NCBI GenBank assembly: GCA_017515795.1
Contig: JAFWEE010000013.1
Span: 2,010 to 66,009 of the forward strand
Length of the DNA stretch: 64,000 bases
Reading direction: 5' to 3'
From: Bacilli bacterium
GTDB taxonomy: Bacteria > Bacillota_I > Bacilli_A > RF39 > UBA660
The position numbers and the translations under genes are program-made. Below are positions 26,335 through 37,370 of the stretch, piece by piece; position 1 is the first letter of the stretch; each line of letters opens with the position of its first letter. The notes beneath the pieces were generated by a model. That model had not been told where the DNA came from and did no database searches. It saw only the letters and a list, made by a program, of their open reading frames with translations.

Positions 26335-27042
26335 TTAATTATATATAAATACCATTCTATCTCTACCTTGCATATCTTTTTTACATTCAATAGAGGCTTC
26401 TGGTAAATATAATTCTTTTAGAGATTTAATTCTATCATATTGAGTCATACCTATTTCAAAAGCAATTATATATTTATCCTTTAAAATAGTTTTAATGTCT
26501 TTTAATATTCTTTCATAGAACTCTAACCCATCATTATCAGCATATAAAGCAATATTTGGTTCATTTTTATATACTATATCCATTATTTCTTCATCTTTTG
26601 ATATATATGGTGGATTAGATATTATTATATCAAATTTATTATTTATTCCTGTGTATAAATCAGTATTAATAAATGTTATATCAGTATTATTTAATTTAGA
26701 GTTATTTTTAGCTACTTCTAGGGCATCTTTTGATATATCTGAGGCAAATACATTAGAATCTATCTCTTTAGCTAAAGAAATAGCTATACAACCTGATCCA
26801 GTGCATAAATCTAATATATCTATTTTAGTATTAAATGTAGATTTAATCCTTTTAATAGTTTCAGAGACTAATTCCTCTGTTTCAAATCTAGGTATTAATA
26901 CACTATGATTAACATTAATTATATTACCCATAAAATCTACATTACCTACTATATATTGAACAGGTTCTCCATTATTAAGTCTTTCTAATGCTTCATCTAG
27001 ATTACCATTATAATATTTCTTTAAATATTCTATATCTGTCAT
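26335..27042 (-). CDS. prmC: Release factor glutamine methyltransferase
   Basis: VLIPRFETE, DLCTGSGCIA, SNPPYI; follows prfA. Confidence 0.95.
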   Translation of the reverse strand: MTDIEYLKKYYNGNLDEALERLNNGEPVQYIVGNVDFMGNIINVNHSVLIPRFETEELVSETIKRIKSTFNTKIDILDLCTGSGCIAISLAKEIDSNVFASDISKDALEVAKNNSKLNNTDITFINTDLYTGINNKFDIIISNPPYISKDEEIMDIVYKNEPNIALYADNDGLEFYERILKDIKTILKDKYIIAFEIGMTQYDRIKSLKELYLPEASIECKKDMQGRDRMVFIYN

Positions 27043-27068
27043 ATTATATTAAAAATAACATATAAAGA

Positions 27069-28136
27069 TTATATGTTATTATTTTCCCCTTCTAGTTTTC
27101 TTCTTTGATCTTCATTTATTAATGCTTCTATTAATTTATCTATTTCACCTTGCATAATTCTATCTAGAGCCATTAAAGTTAAGTTAATTCTATGATCAGT
27201 TACTCTATTTTGAGGATAGTTATAAGTTCTAATCTTTTCAGATCTATCTCCTGTACCTATCTTACTTCTTCTTTCAGAACCAACAGCTTCTTCTTGCTTT
27301 CTAATTTCTTCATCATAGATTCTTGATTTTAAGATTTCCATTGCTTTTTCTTTATTCTTAAGTTGGCTTCTTTCATTTTGACAAGTAACTACTATACCAG
27401 TAGGCATATGAGTAATTCTAACAGCAGAGTCAGTTGTATTAACACCTTGTCCACCAGCTCCAGAAGATCTATAAACATCAATTCTTAAATCTTCTTCTTT
27501 AATTTCTACATCAACATCTGTCATTTCTGGCATTACTAATACTGTTGCAGTTGATGTATGAACTCTTCCTTGTGATTCTGTTACTGGAACCCTTTGAACT
27601 CTATGAGCACCTGATTCATATTTTAGTTTAGAGTAAACATTTTCACCCTTAACCATGAATTCTATTTGAGAATATCCACCAGCAGTGCCTTCTTCAGCAT
27701 TAATTATTTCTATTCTCCAACCTTTACTATCTGCATATCTACTATACATTTCAAATAAGTCACCAGCAAATAGATTAGCTTCATCTCCACCAGCAGCTCC
27801 TCTTATTTCAACAATGATATTTTTATCATCGTTAGGATCCTTTGGAATTAGTTCTACTTCTATTTGTTTTTCTAATTCTTCTTTTTCAGTTTCTAAAGAA
27901 TTAATATCTTCTTTAGCAAGTTCTGCCATTTCAGGATCATTAACTAATTCTTTAGCTTCTTCTAAATTCTTTAGAACTTCTTTATATCTTTTATATAAAT
28001 TAACTACAGTTTCAAGACTAGATGCTTCTTTTGATAAGCTAGTCATAAGCTTAACATCATTTATAACTTCCATCTTTGTAAGTTCTGTAGATAATTCATT
28101 ATATCTATTTAAAATTGTCTCTAGTCTTTCTATCAT
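27069..28136 (-). CDS. prfA: Peptide chain release factor 1
   Basis: GGQ motif and PVT anticodon; ATG 28136 preferred over GTG 28145. Confidence 0.97.
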   Translation of the reverse strand: MIERLETILNRYNELSTELTKMEVINDVKLMTSLSKEASSLETVVNLYKRYKEVLKNLEEAKELVNDPEMAELAKEDINSLETEKEELEKQIEVELIPKDPNDDKNIIVEIRGAAGGDEANLFAGDLFEMYSRYADSKGWRIEIINAEEGTAGGYSQIEFMVKGENVYSKLKYESGAHRVQRVPVTESQGRVHTSTATVLVMPEMTDVDVEIKEEDLRIDVYRSSGAGGQGVNTTDSAVRITHMPTGIVVTCQNERSQLKNKEKAMEILKSRIYDEEIRKQEEAVGSERRSKIGTGDRSEKIRTYNYPQNRVTDHRINLTLMALDRIMQGEIDKLIEALINEDQRRKLEGENNNI

Positions 28137-28145
28137 AGTTATCAC

Positions 28146-28583
28146 CTATTCGTCTAAATCTTCTTCATCTATAATAGTTAATTCGTTAAAGTCATCTTCA
28201 TCATTATCAGAATCATCAGTAGCTTCATCAGAATAATCATCTTCTAAATCATCACTAACTACATCATCTTCATCTTCTTCAGACTTTTCAACATCTTCTG
28301 TTTCTTCCTCTTCATCATCAACTACTATATTTGCTTTATGATTTTCTTTTAAATCCCATAAAGAACTATTTATTAATATAAATCTACCATCAGTAGTTAA
28401 AGCAGTAAAGAAATCACCAATTTTTTCTTCAAATTCAGCATCATCAAGTTTTAATAACTTACATACTTCTTTAAATAAATTAGGTGTATTAAATTTCTTA
28501 CCCTTTTCCTTAATTACTTCATAAGCTATATCAGTATAACTCATTTGTTCTAATTCTTCGATTGTTTTTTCTTTTAAACTCAT
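28146..28583 (-). CDS. rpoE: RNA polymerase delta subunit
   Basis: SYTDIAY...FFTALTTDGRF...WDLK plus acidic tail. Confidence 0.9.
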   Translation of the reverse strand: MSLKEKTIEELEQMSYTDIAYEVIKEKGKKFNTPNLFKEVCKLLKLDDAEFEEKIGDFFTALTTDGRFILINSSLWDLKENHKANIVVDDEEEETEDVEKSEEDEDDVVSDDLEDDYSDEATDDSDNDEDDFNELTIIDEEDLDE

Positions 28584-28592
28584 TATATCCTC

Positions 28593-30284
28593 CTACATCT
28601 TATTTGGCATTTCAATACCAAGTAAATTCATACCAGATTTTAATATTTCACCAACCATGCTAATTAAGTATAATCTCGTTTTTCTTATTTCATCATTGTC
28701 ATCTAAAACTTTATTATTACTATAGAATGAACTATATTCATTAGCTAATTTAATTAAATATCTAGATAATAGATATGGTTCTTTCTTATTAATAACTTCA
28801 TTTAATACACTATTATAACTATAAATAGTTTTAATTAGTGCATATGACAAATCATCTGTTAATTTATCATAACTAACATTATTTAGCAATACTTCATCAT
28901 TTGTTTTCTTTAATATACTTTGAATTCTTACATACATATATTGAATGTATGGACTAGTTTCACCTTGGAAATTAAGCATAGTATCTAAATCAAATACTTC
29001 ATCTTTAATTCTTGAATTATATAAATCACTAAAGATAACTGCACCAATACCAACTTTTTTAGCAGTTTCATCTATATCTTCTAATTCAGGATTCTTTTCT
29101 AATATTACTTCTTTTGCTCTAGATATAGATTCATTAATAACGTCTTCTAGTTTAATAAAATTACCTTTTCTAGTAGACATTTTACCTTCTTTTAATGAAT
29201 ATAATCCATAAGAAACATGTTCTAATCCATCAACATATTTTTTATCTAAATCAAGATATTTAGCTACTGCAAATACTTGTTTAAAATGTAAATCTTGTTC
29301 ATAACCTGTAACATATATACATTTATCAAAATCATATGTTCTTGCTCTATATAATATAGCAGCTAAGTCTCTTGAAGCATATATACTACTTCCATCACTC
29401 TTTTTAACAATACATGGAGCATTAATACCTTCATCTGTTAAATCTACTATAGTAGCTCCTTCACTTATTTGAAGTTTGTTTTTAGCTTCTAACATATTAA
29501 TTACTTCATCAATTGAATCAACATAAGAAGCTTCTCCTCTAATACTATCAAAATGAATACCAAGCATATCATATGTCTTTTTAAATTCTTTTAAACTTAA
29601 TTCTTTAAATTGTTCATATAATGCAACGCATTCAGGATCTTTATCTTCTAATTTTCTAAAGTTTTCTCTACATCTTTCTAGTACACTTTCATCATTAGCA
29701 CATAAATCATTTATTCTTACATAGATTTCTACTAATTTATCCATAGAATCAGTACTTAAATCATATTCAGAACCCCATAATCTATAACCTTCAATTAATT
29801 TACCAAATTGAGTACCATAGTCTCCTAAATGGTTAATACTAATAGTGTTATATCCCATATATTTAAATATGTTATATAATGCATGTCCTATTAATGTAGT
29901 TCTCATATGTCCTATATGAAATGGCTTACATACATTTGGAGATGAATATTCAATTAATACAGTTTCATCATGTTTTTCTTTACCATAGTTTTCTTTATCA
30001 TTATCATATTCACTAAGAACAAACTTAGCTAAATATTCTCTATTAATAAAGAAATTAAGATAACCATTAACACTCTCTATTTTATCTATTCTTTCATCTT
30101 TAATCTTTTCTACTAATTCATTAGCAATATCTACTGGTGATTTATGCATTTCTTTAGATAAACTAAAGCATGGAAAAGCATAGTCTCCTTTAGAAGAATC
30201 CTCTATTTCCTTAATATAATCATAAACATCAATATTTATCTCTTTTTCAATTAAAGAAGAAATAATTTGTTTTATATCTGTCAT
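28593..30284 (-). CDS. argS: Arginine--tRNA ligase
   Basis: SSPNVCKPFHIGH, HLGDYGTQFG, KMSTRKG, YIQYMYVRI. Confidence 0.97.
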   Translation of the reverse strand: MTDIKQIISSLIEKEINIDVYDYIKEIEDSSKGDYAFPCFSLSKEMHKSPVDIANELVEKIKDERIDKIESVNGYLNFFINREYLAKFVLSEYDNDKENYGKEKHDETVLIEYSSPNVCKPFHIGHMRTTLIGHALYNIFKYMGYNTISINHLGDYGTQFGKLIEGYRLWGSEYDLSTDSMDKLVEIYVRINDLCANDESVLERCRENFRKLEDKDPECVALYEQFKELSLKEFKKTYDMLGIHFDSIRGEASYVDSIDEVINMLEAKNKLQISEGATIVDLTDEGINAPCIVKKSDGSSIYASRDLAAILYRARTYDFDKCIYVTGYEQDLHFKQVFAVAKYLDLDKKYVDGLEHVSYGLYSLKEGKMSTRKGNFIKLEDVINESISRAKEVILEKNPELEDIDETAKKVGIGAVIFSDLYNSRIKDEVFDLDTMLNFQGETSPYIQYMYVRIQSILKKTNDEVLLNNVSYDKLTDDLSYALIKTIYSYNSVLNEVINKKEPYLLSRYLIKLANEYSSFYSNNKVLDDNDEIRKTRLYLISMVGEILKSGMNLLGIEMPNKM

Positions 30285-30287
30285 ATT

Positions 30288-30659
30288 CTACTCCTTTATA
30301 ATTATTTTAATTTCAAAATTACCAGTATATTCGCTTTCAATATAAAGTCCGTAATCAATTATAACTGATTTTTCAGTTATTTCAAGACTATTTGTAATTA
30401 TATTTAAATTAAAAGTGGTATTCATTTCTTTTATTTCATATAATCCGTTAGATTTATTATCTTTATCAAATAATATACTTATTTTAGATTCTTTATTTTC
30501 TTTATTCATTTTAATAGTTTTATCTATTATAAACTCATAATTATCTTCATCAGTATTAAATGATAGTTTATTACCTTTTTTAGTATAATTAATACCTTTA
30601 AATTCAGTTAAACCATCATTATTTTTAATAAATAAATCTAACATGTAATATTTCACCAC
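30288..30659 (-). CDS. DUF1934 (YwiB-like) beta-barrel protein
   Basis: Beta-strand pattern, position upstream of argS as for B. subtilis ywiB. Confidence 0.5.
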   Translation of the reverse strand: MVKYYMLDLFIKNNDGLTEFKGINYTKKGNKLSFNTDEDNYEFIIDKTIKMNKENKESKISILFDKDNKSNGLYEIKEMNTTFNLNIITNSLEITEKSVIIDYGLYIESEYTGNFEIKIIIKE

Positions 30660-30738
30660 TTTTTCAAGTAAAAGTATATCATATATATAATAAAAAACCT
30701 ATTATTTTTCAATAAAAAAATGAAGATTTACATCTTCA

Positions 30739-31761
30739 TTATTCATTATCAATTATCTTTATTACAAATTGAGATATGTTACCAAACTTAAATTTGTCAT
30801 ATGAAGCTTTTACACCTTGATTAGATAAACTATTAACTAGTTCTACTATTTTTTGTTCAGCAAGTTCTGAATCAGGTTTATCTTCTATCATATTAAGTGT
30901 ATTATCTTCAATTAATTCAGGCTCTTCATATGTAATTGAACTAGATGAGAATCCTCTTGATTTAATAGGTTCTCTATATTCAGGAGATTCTAATACTTCT
31001 CTATGATCTTCTTCTTTTTGTAATTCATCAATTTTCTTTTGAATTCTAGCCATAATAGAATCAATATCAAATTCATCGTCGTCTTTTGATTTTTCTGGTT
31101 CATTATATGGATTACTATATGGTTTTTCTTCTACTGTTGGTTTAGATAACATTTCATTTATCATATCATCAGTATCTTTAACATTAATTCTATTTTCAAT
31201 TATAGTATCTAATAATTCTTCTTGTTTAGTTTTATCTTCTATTCTAAGTAAACTTCTAGCATGTCTTTCAGATATTTTATTATTTAATAAAGCATCTTGA
31301 ACTTTAGGACTAAGATTTAATAATCTAAGTTTATTAGAAATAGTTGCTTGAGTTTTACCCATACGAGTAGCTAATTGTTCTTGAGTTAAATATCCTCTTT
31401 CAAGAAGTTTCTTATATGATTTAGCTTCTTCAATTGGAGATAAATCTTTTCTTTGAATATTTTCTACTATTGCTACTTCAGCAGACTCATTATCATTTAA
31501 ATCTATAGTAACAGCAGGTACTTTATGTAATCCTGCTATATAAGCTGCTTTATATCTTCTTTCACCAGCAATAATTTCATATTTATTACCAATTCTTCTT
31601 AATACTAGGGGTTGTATTATTCCATGTTCTTTAATAGATTTAGCAAGTTCATTTAAAGCACCTTCATCGAATGCTAGTCTTGGTTGGAACCTATTAGGAA
31701 TAATATCATCTAAAGCTACTTCAATAACTTCTTTATCTAATGTATTTATCATGACAAACAC
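30739..31761 (-). CDS. noc: Nucleoid occlusion protein Noc (ParB family)
   Basis: IIPNRFQPR, AGERRYKA, ENIQRKDL, TQATISNKLRLL; follows rsmG; perfect NBS in window. Confidence 0.75.
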   Translation of the reverse strand: MFVMINTLDKEVIEVALDDIIPNRFQPRLAFDEGALNELAKSIKEHGIIQPLVLRRIGNKYEIIAGERRYKAAYIAGLHKVPAVTIDLNDNESAEVAIVENIQRKDLSPIEEAKSYKKLLERGYLTQEQLATRMGKTQATISNKLRLLNLSPKVQDALLNNKISERHARSLLRIEDKTKQEELLDTIIENRINVKDTDDMINEMLSKPTVEEKPYSNPYNEPEKSKDDDEFDIDSIMARIQKKIDELQKEEDHREVLESPEYREPIKSRGFSSSSITYEEPELIEDNTLNMIEDKPDSELAEQKIVELVNSLSNQGVKASYDKFKFGNISQFVIKIIDNE

Positions 31762-31799
31762 CTCTTTATTCTAAATATAATAATACTATAAAAGACCAT

Positions 31800-32507
31800 T
31801 TATTTCAATGGTCTTTTTTTAATTTGATCAAAGTTTCTAGGATATATTCTTTTATTCTTTCCTAGTTTCTTTATCTTAACTAGGTTTCTAATTGAGTTTT
31901 CAATTGGTAATTCAAAACTAATTACATCTTCTAATCTAGATTCTAGAAGTTCTATAGCTTTCATAGAGTCTTTTACTTCATCATCTAGGTTTGCTTTCAT
32001 GGCAACAAAGTAACCATTTACTTTTACCATTGGCATACAGATTTCTACTAAAGTATTTAGTTTAGAAACTGCTCTAGATACTACTAAATCATATTTTTCT
32101 CTATGTCTTTTAGCATAATCTTCTCCTCTAGTATGAATAACTTCTATATCAGTAAGTTCCAATTCTTTAATTACTTTGTTTAAGAAGTTACATCTTTTCT
32201 CTAAAGCATCTACTAGAGTAATCTTTAGATTTGGAAAGCAAATCTTTAGAACGATTCCAGGAAATCCAGCTCCTGTACCGAAGTCTAAAACACTTAATTC
32301 TTGGTTTAAATCTATTGCTTTAATTAGAGTTAAAGAATCATAAAAGTGTTTTAAATAGAAATCTTCTCTTTCAGTAATCCTAGTTAAATTAATTTTTTCA
32401 TTTTCTTCGATTACTAGTTCATAGTATCTATGTAATTTCTTACCTTGATTCTTAGTTAAAGTAATACCTATTTCACTTAGTAATTCTCTTAATTTATCTA
32501 TTGTCAT
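31800..32507 (-). CDS. rsmG: 16S rRNA m7G527 methyltransferase
   Basis: KHFYDSL, DFGTGAGFPG, SRAVS. Confidence 0.96.
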   Translation of the reverse strand: MTIDKLRELLSEIGITLTKNQGKKLHRYYELVIEENEKINLTRITEREDFYLKHFYDSLTLIKAIDLNQELSVLDFGTGAGFPGIVLKICFPNLKITLVDALEKRCNFLNKVIKELELTDIEVIHTRGEDYAKRHREKYDLVVSRAVSKLNTLVEICMPMVKVNGYFVAMKANLDDEVKDSMKAIELLESRLEDVISFELPIENSIRNLVKIKKLGKNKRIYPRNFDQIKKRPLK

Positions 32508-34317
32508 TGAAATACCTCTTCATATATACAGATAATATAGATATATCTGATGGATTAACACCACTTATTCTTAATGCTTGTCCTAAAGATAATGGTCTAA
32601 CTTCTTTTAATTTAATTCTAGCTTCTGATGCTAAGTTTGGAACATCATCATAATTGATATTCTCAGGAATCTTTTTATCCTCTAATTTATGCATCTTTTC
32701 AGCTTCTTTTCTTGCTTTCTTGATATATCCTTCATATTTGATTATTATTTCTGCTTGTTCTAATTCTAAGTAATCATATTTAGTAGATAATTTATCTTCT
32801 ATTTCAAAGATTGAATTCTCTACCCTCTTAACATAATCAAATAATGTCATTTTCTTATCTGCTTTAATAGTTAATTCTTTTAACTCTTCAATTATTTTAT
32901 TAATATTTTCTTCTTTTTTAACTAATTTATTATATTGTCTCTTATTTATTAGACCTACTTCATATCCATGTTTTCTAAGTCTTAAATCAGCATTATCACT
33001 TCTAAGAAGAAGTCTATATTCTGCTCTTGATGTTAGTAATCTATATGGATCTCTAACTCCCTTAGTTACTAAATCATCTATTAATACACCAATATATGCT
33101 TCATCTCTTCCAAGTATTAATGGTTCTTTATTCTCTATTTTTAATGAAGCATTAATACCTGCCATTAAACCTTGGCAAGCAGCTTCTTCATAACCACTAG
33201 TACCATTAATTTGTCCTGCTGTATAAAGATTTTCTATTATTTTTGTTTCTAATGATGGATAAAGGTCTCTTGGATCTATTGCATCATACTCAATAGCATA
33301 CGCATATCTAAGTATTTTTGCATTCTCGAGTCCTGGTAAAGAATGAACCATTTTTTCTTGTACATCATGAGGCATACTTGTTGAGAATCCTTGAACATAT
33401 ATATCATCAAAGTATCTTGATTCTGGTTCTAGGAATAATTGATGTCTTTCTTTATCTTTAAATCTAACTACTTTATCTTCGATAGATGGACAATATCTTG
33501 GTCCTGTACCTAATTTTTCTTGAATAGCACCATACATACTAGATTTATCTAAATTATCCATTATTATTTTATGAGTTTCCCCTGTTGTATAAGTTAAATA
33601 ACATGGTTCTTGTTCATCTAATTTATAATATGGTTTATCATCAAATGAGAATGTATAGTATTTATCATCTCCAGGTTCCATCTTAGTCTTAGAGAAATCA
33701 ATTGTATCTCTTTGAATTCTAGGAGGAGTACCTGTTTTTAGTCTTAGTATTTTAAATCCTAGTTTTTCTAAGTTATCACTTAAGAAAAGTGAAGGTCTAG
33801 TTCCAGCAGGACCAGATACTGTTCTTGTATCCCCTACTAAGATATTAGCTTTCATATAAGTACCTGTTGTTAATATTACTGCTTTAGCATTAATAATATC
33901 ACCATTAGATAATTTAACTGCTTTAATAGTATTATCTTCAATAATTAGGTCTTCTACTAAGTCCTCTACTATATCTATATTCTTATGTTTTTGTAATTCT
34001 TCTTGCATTAATTTTGGATAAGCAACCTTATCTGCTTGAGCTCTAAGCGATCTTACTGCAGGTCCCTTACTAAAATTAAGCATTTTCATTTGAAGTAAAG
34101 TCTTATCTGCAACTTTACCCATTACACCACCAAGGGCATCTATTTCTCTTACTACGATACCTTTAGCAGATCCTCCAATGTGTGGATTACATGGCATCAT
34201 AGCTATTTTATCAATAGATCCTGTAACTAATAATGTTTTATGTCCTTTATTAGCAGATGCAAAAGCTGCTTCACAACCAGCATGTCCACCACCTACGACA
34301 ATAACTTCATAGTCCAT
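32494..34317 (-). CDS. mnmG: tRNA uridine-5-carboxymethylaminomethyl modification enzyme
   Basis: GGGHAGCEAA, MPCNPHIGG, PRYCPSIEDK, GQINGTSGYEEAA. Confidence 0.97.
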   Translation of the reverse strand: MDYEVIVVGGGHAGCEAAFASANKGHKTLLVTGSIDKIAMMPCNPHIGGSAKGIVVREIDALGGVMGKVADKTLLQMKMLNFSKGPAVRSLRAQADKVAYPKLMQEELQKHKNIDIVEDLVEDLIIEDNTIKAVKLSNGDIINAKAVILTTGTYMKANILVGDTRTVSGPAGTRPSLFLSDNLEKLGFKILRLKTGTPPRIQRDTIDFSKTKMEPGDDKYYTFSFDDKPYYKLDEQEPCYLTYTTGETHKIIMDNLDKSSMYGAIQEKLGTGPRYCPSIEDKVVRFKDKERHQLFLEPESRYFDDIYVQGFSTSMPHDVQEKMVHSLPGLENAKILRYAYAIEYDAIDPRDLYPSLETKIIENLYTAGQINGTSGYEEAACQGLMAGINASLKIENKEPLILGRDEAYIGVLIDDLVTKGVRDPYRLLTSRAEYRLLLRSDNADLRLRKHGYEVGLINKRQYNKLVKKEENINKIIEELKELTIKADKKMTLFDYVKRVENSIFEIEDKLSTKYDYLELEQAEIIIKYEGYIKKARKEAEKMHKLEDKKIPENINYDDVPNLASEARIKLKEVRPLSLGQALRISGVNPSDISILSVYMKRYFNDNR

Positions 34318-34399
34318 GAATCCACCTCCTTTTTTTAAAGCAAAAGTATTATACTACAATATTTATATTATATCAAATAAAAAGAGCATTAGCTCTTTT

Positions 34400-34921
34400 T
34401 TATTCCCATACAAATGAATTTGCTATATATTCTGCGGCTTCTATAACACTATCTTCATCATCAAATTCAAATATAGTTGCATATATCATTACATATTTAT
34501 GATCACCCATAATATAATATTGAATTGCTTTTTGATCTTTAGCTTCCATATTAAATCTAAGTAATGGATAACCATTAGTTGTGGTAGAACCACTAGATGT
34601 TAAAGTAGCATTATACGCTTTAGCTTGATATGCCATTTGTTGCATTATAGCATTTTTAAAAGTATCTACTTGATCTATTGAATAGTAATTAGTTCCACCA
34701 TTAACAGATATATTATTTGGTCTAGAAGAATGTTCATCTTTTTTATCTACAAAGAATGGTTTTTCTTTAGTAGAATGGTCTTCCCTCATCATATAGTTTT
34801 CACTTATAGAAAATGATCCATAATTATCTAATTTATATGTTTTTTCTTTATTTTTACTATTAGTTAAACTACAACCAGTTACTAACAATAATATTCCTAA
34901 TATAACTAATATCTTTTTCAT
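34400..34921 (-). CDS. Lipoprotein of unknown function
   Basis: Signal peptide with lipobox LVTGC. Confidence 0.7.
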   Translation of the reverse strand: MKKILVILGILLLVTGCSLTNSKNKEKTYKLDNYGSFSISENYMMREDHSTKEKPFFVDKKDEHSSRPNNISVNGGTNYYSIDQVDTFKNAIMQQMAYQAKAYNATLTSSGSTTTNGYPLLRFNMEAKDQKAIQYYIMGDHKYVMIYATIFEFDDEDSVIEAAEYIANSFVWE

Positions 34922-34930
34922 TTATGACTC

Positions 34931-35872
34931 CTAAAATATTTTATTTAAAGACTTGTCATTCTTATAAACATCATCTTGATGTATTTGATAGTATAAACTA
35001 GTTATTTCAGGACAATCTAAATTATGTTCTTCTATAACTTTATATGCAGAATCTAAAGCATTTAACCCCTCTATTGTCATACCTACTTCATTCTTTATTT
35101 CTTCTAATTTTTTACCTTTTCCAAGAAGTATTCCACATTTAAGATTTCTACTATCTAAACTACCAACAGTAGTTAATAAATCTCCTAAACCAGAAAATCC
35201 AAGGAATGTTTCGGGTTTAGCTCCTAAAGCTGTACCAATTGAAATCATTTCTCTAAATGCCTTTGATAAATATGCAGATGTTGTATTTGTATCTTGATTA
35301 AGTCCATGAGCTTTACCATATCCTATTGCTATGATATTCTTTAGGGCTGCTCCTAATTGCATACCTAAAGGATCATTACAATCTTCTAATGTAATATAAT
35401 TATTTTGAAATACTCTTTTATATTCTTCAGGTCCATAATAATCAAAATATGTTGGTTTTTCAACATAAATTTGTTCTGCATGTGAAGGTCCTGATATAAC
35501 ACCTATTTCTCTATTTAATTCTTCTTTAGCAACTTCTGATAATACTTTATCTCCCTCTAATCCTTTAGAAGCTATTATTACTTGTTGATTACCAATAGTT
35601 TGAGCTATCTCTTTACAAGTATTTCTAACAGCAAATGAAGGAGTAACAATTAATATCAAATCTGTATCTTTAATTGCTTCTTCAATTGAAGTAGTACATT
35701 TAACATCTTCATTAATATGTCCTTGTATATATCTACAATAATGATATTCATTTATTGCTTCTTTTTCTTCTTCTGAAAAAGACCAAATTTTAACTTCATG
35801 TCCATTTTCTTTAATTAAATTTGCAAGAACACATCCAAAACTTCCACTTCCTATAACGGCTACTCTACTCAT
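34931..35872 (-). CDS. gpsA: NAD(P)H-dependent glycerol-3-phosphate dehydrogenase
   Basis: GSGSFG, ASKGLE, SGPSHA, LKNIIAI, GLGDLLTT...SRN. Confidence 0.92.
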   Translation of the reverse strand: MSRVAVIGSGSFGCVLANLIKENGHEVKIWSFSEEEKEAINEYHYCRYIQGHINEDVKCTTSIEEAIKDTDLILIVTPSFAVRNTCKEIAQTIGNQQVIIASKGLEGDKVLSEVAKEELNREIGVISGPSHAEQIYVEKPTYFDYYGPEEYKRVFQNNYITLEDCNDPLGMQLGAALKNIIAIGYGKAHGLNQDTNTTSAYLSKAFREMISIGTALGAKPETFLGFSGLGDLLTTVGSLDSRNLKCGILLGKGKKLEEIKNEVGMTIEGLNALDSAYKVIEEHNLDCPEITSLYYQIHQDDVYKNDKSLNKIF

Positions 35873-35877
35873 ATTAC

Positions 35878-37215
35878 CTACTTTCCTAGACAGAAGTTTG
35901 CAAATAATCTATCAATTAGCTTATCATCATAACTTTCGCCTATAATTTCATTTAATGTTTCACATATTTCTTTTATATCTATTTCAAGTATATCAATTGG
36001 AATACCACTATTAAATGATTCCATTAAGTGATTATTAATTGATATAGCTTTCTTAACTAATGATATTTGTCTACTATTAGATAAATATGTTAGTTCTTTA
36101 TTATTTAATTCTTCTAGATTATATAAATCAGATATCTTATCTTTTAGAATATCTATATCTTTAGTAGCACTTACCTTTACTACATCTAATCCTGTTGTAT
36201 CTAATTTAGTTTCTAGATCTATTTTATTAACCACAATTATTCTCTTTTTATCTTTTGTAATCTCTAATAGTTTCTTATCTTCTTCTGTTAGAGGTTCATT
36301 ATTATTTAATACTAATATAATTAGGTTAGCATCTTTAATTAGATTTAATGATTTTTCTACACCTATCTTTTCTACTACATCTTCAGTCTCTCTAATACCT
36401 GCAGTATCTATAATATTTAGTAAAACACCGCCTACTCTAATTTGTCCTTCTACTATATCTCTAGTTGTTCCAGCTATATCAGTAACTATTGCTTTATCCT
36501 CATTAATTAGTTTATTCAGTATAGAACTCTTCCCGACGTTCGGTCTACCTAATATTAATGTATTTATACCCTCTTTTATGATTTTTCCATTTTCAGATTC
36601 AATTAATAACTTCTTTAACTTCTCATCTATAAATTTAGATACTTCTTGTATTTGACTTTCAGTCATAACTTCAATATCTTCGTACTCAGGGTAATCAATA
36701 TTAACTTCTATATTAGAATTTATATCATATAACTTATCTACAATTTCATGAATAAGATTAGATATCTTACCTTCAATACCATTCATAGCAAGTTTTCTAG
36801 CATTTTCTGTTTTAGCATCTATCATATCCATAACAGATTCAGCTTCTACTAGATTTATTCTTCCATTTAAGAATGCTCTTTTAGTAAATTCTCCAGGTTC
36901 AGCTAGTCTTGCACCATTAGTTAATAATAATTCTAATACTTTATTAGTAGAACTAATACCACCATGACAGTTTATTTCTACTATATCTTCTTTTGTAAAT
37001 GTTTTAGGAGCCTTCATAATAGATACCATTACTTCATCTATTATTTCATTTCCATCTACTATATGACCGTAATTAATTGTATGACTATCCATTTTAGTTA
37101 GATCTCTATCAAATATCTTATTAACAATACTAATAGCATCTTCTCCACTAACTCTAACTATTGATATAGCCCCTACTCCAACAGCAGTTGAAATAGCACA
37201 AATAGTGTCGTTCAT
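35878..37215 (-). CDS. mnmE: tRNA modification GTPase
   Basis: GRPNVGKSS, AGTTRD, DTAG, NKID, C-terminal FCLGK. Confidence 0.97.
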   Translation of the reverse strand: MNDTICAISTAVGVGAISIVRVSGEDAISIVNKIFDRDLTKMDSHTINYGHIVDGNEIIDEVMVSIMKAPKTFTKEDIVEINCHGGISSTNKVLELLLTNGARLAEPGEFTKRAFLNGRINLVEAESVMDMIDAKTENARKLAMNGIEGKISNLIHEIVDKLYDINSNIEVNIDYPEYEDIEVMTESQIQEVSKFIDEKLKKLLIESENGKIIKEGINTLILGRPNVGKSSILNKLINEDKAIVTDIAGTTRDIVEGQIRVGGVLLNIIDTAGIRETEDVVEKIGVEKSLNLIKDANLIILVLNNNEPLTEEDKKLLEITKDKKRIIVVNKIDLETKLDTTGLDVVKVSATKDIDILKDKISDLYNLEELNNKELTYLSNSRQISLVKKAISINNHLMESFNSGIPIDILEIDIKEICETLNEIIGESYDDKLIDRLFANFCLGK

Positions 37216-37370
37216 GATATCCCTCCTTTTTTTGATTTACTTATTATAACTCTAAATAGTTTTTTTGACTACAATATCCTATTATAATAATACCATTTTT
37301 ATTTATATAATAGTTAAATAATAACTAAATTTAACATTAATAGTGTAAAAAAAACAATCTTTCGATTGTT

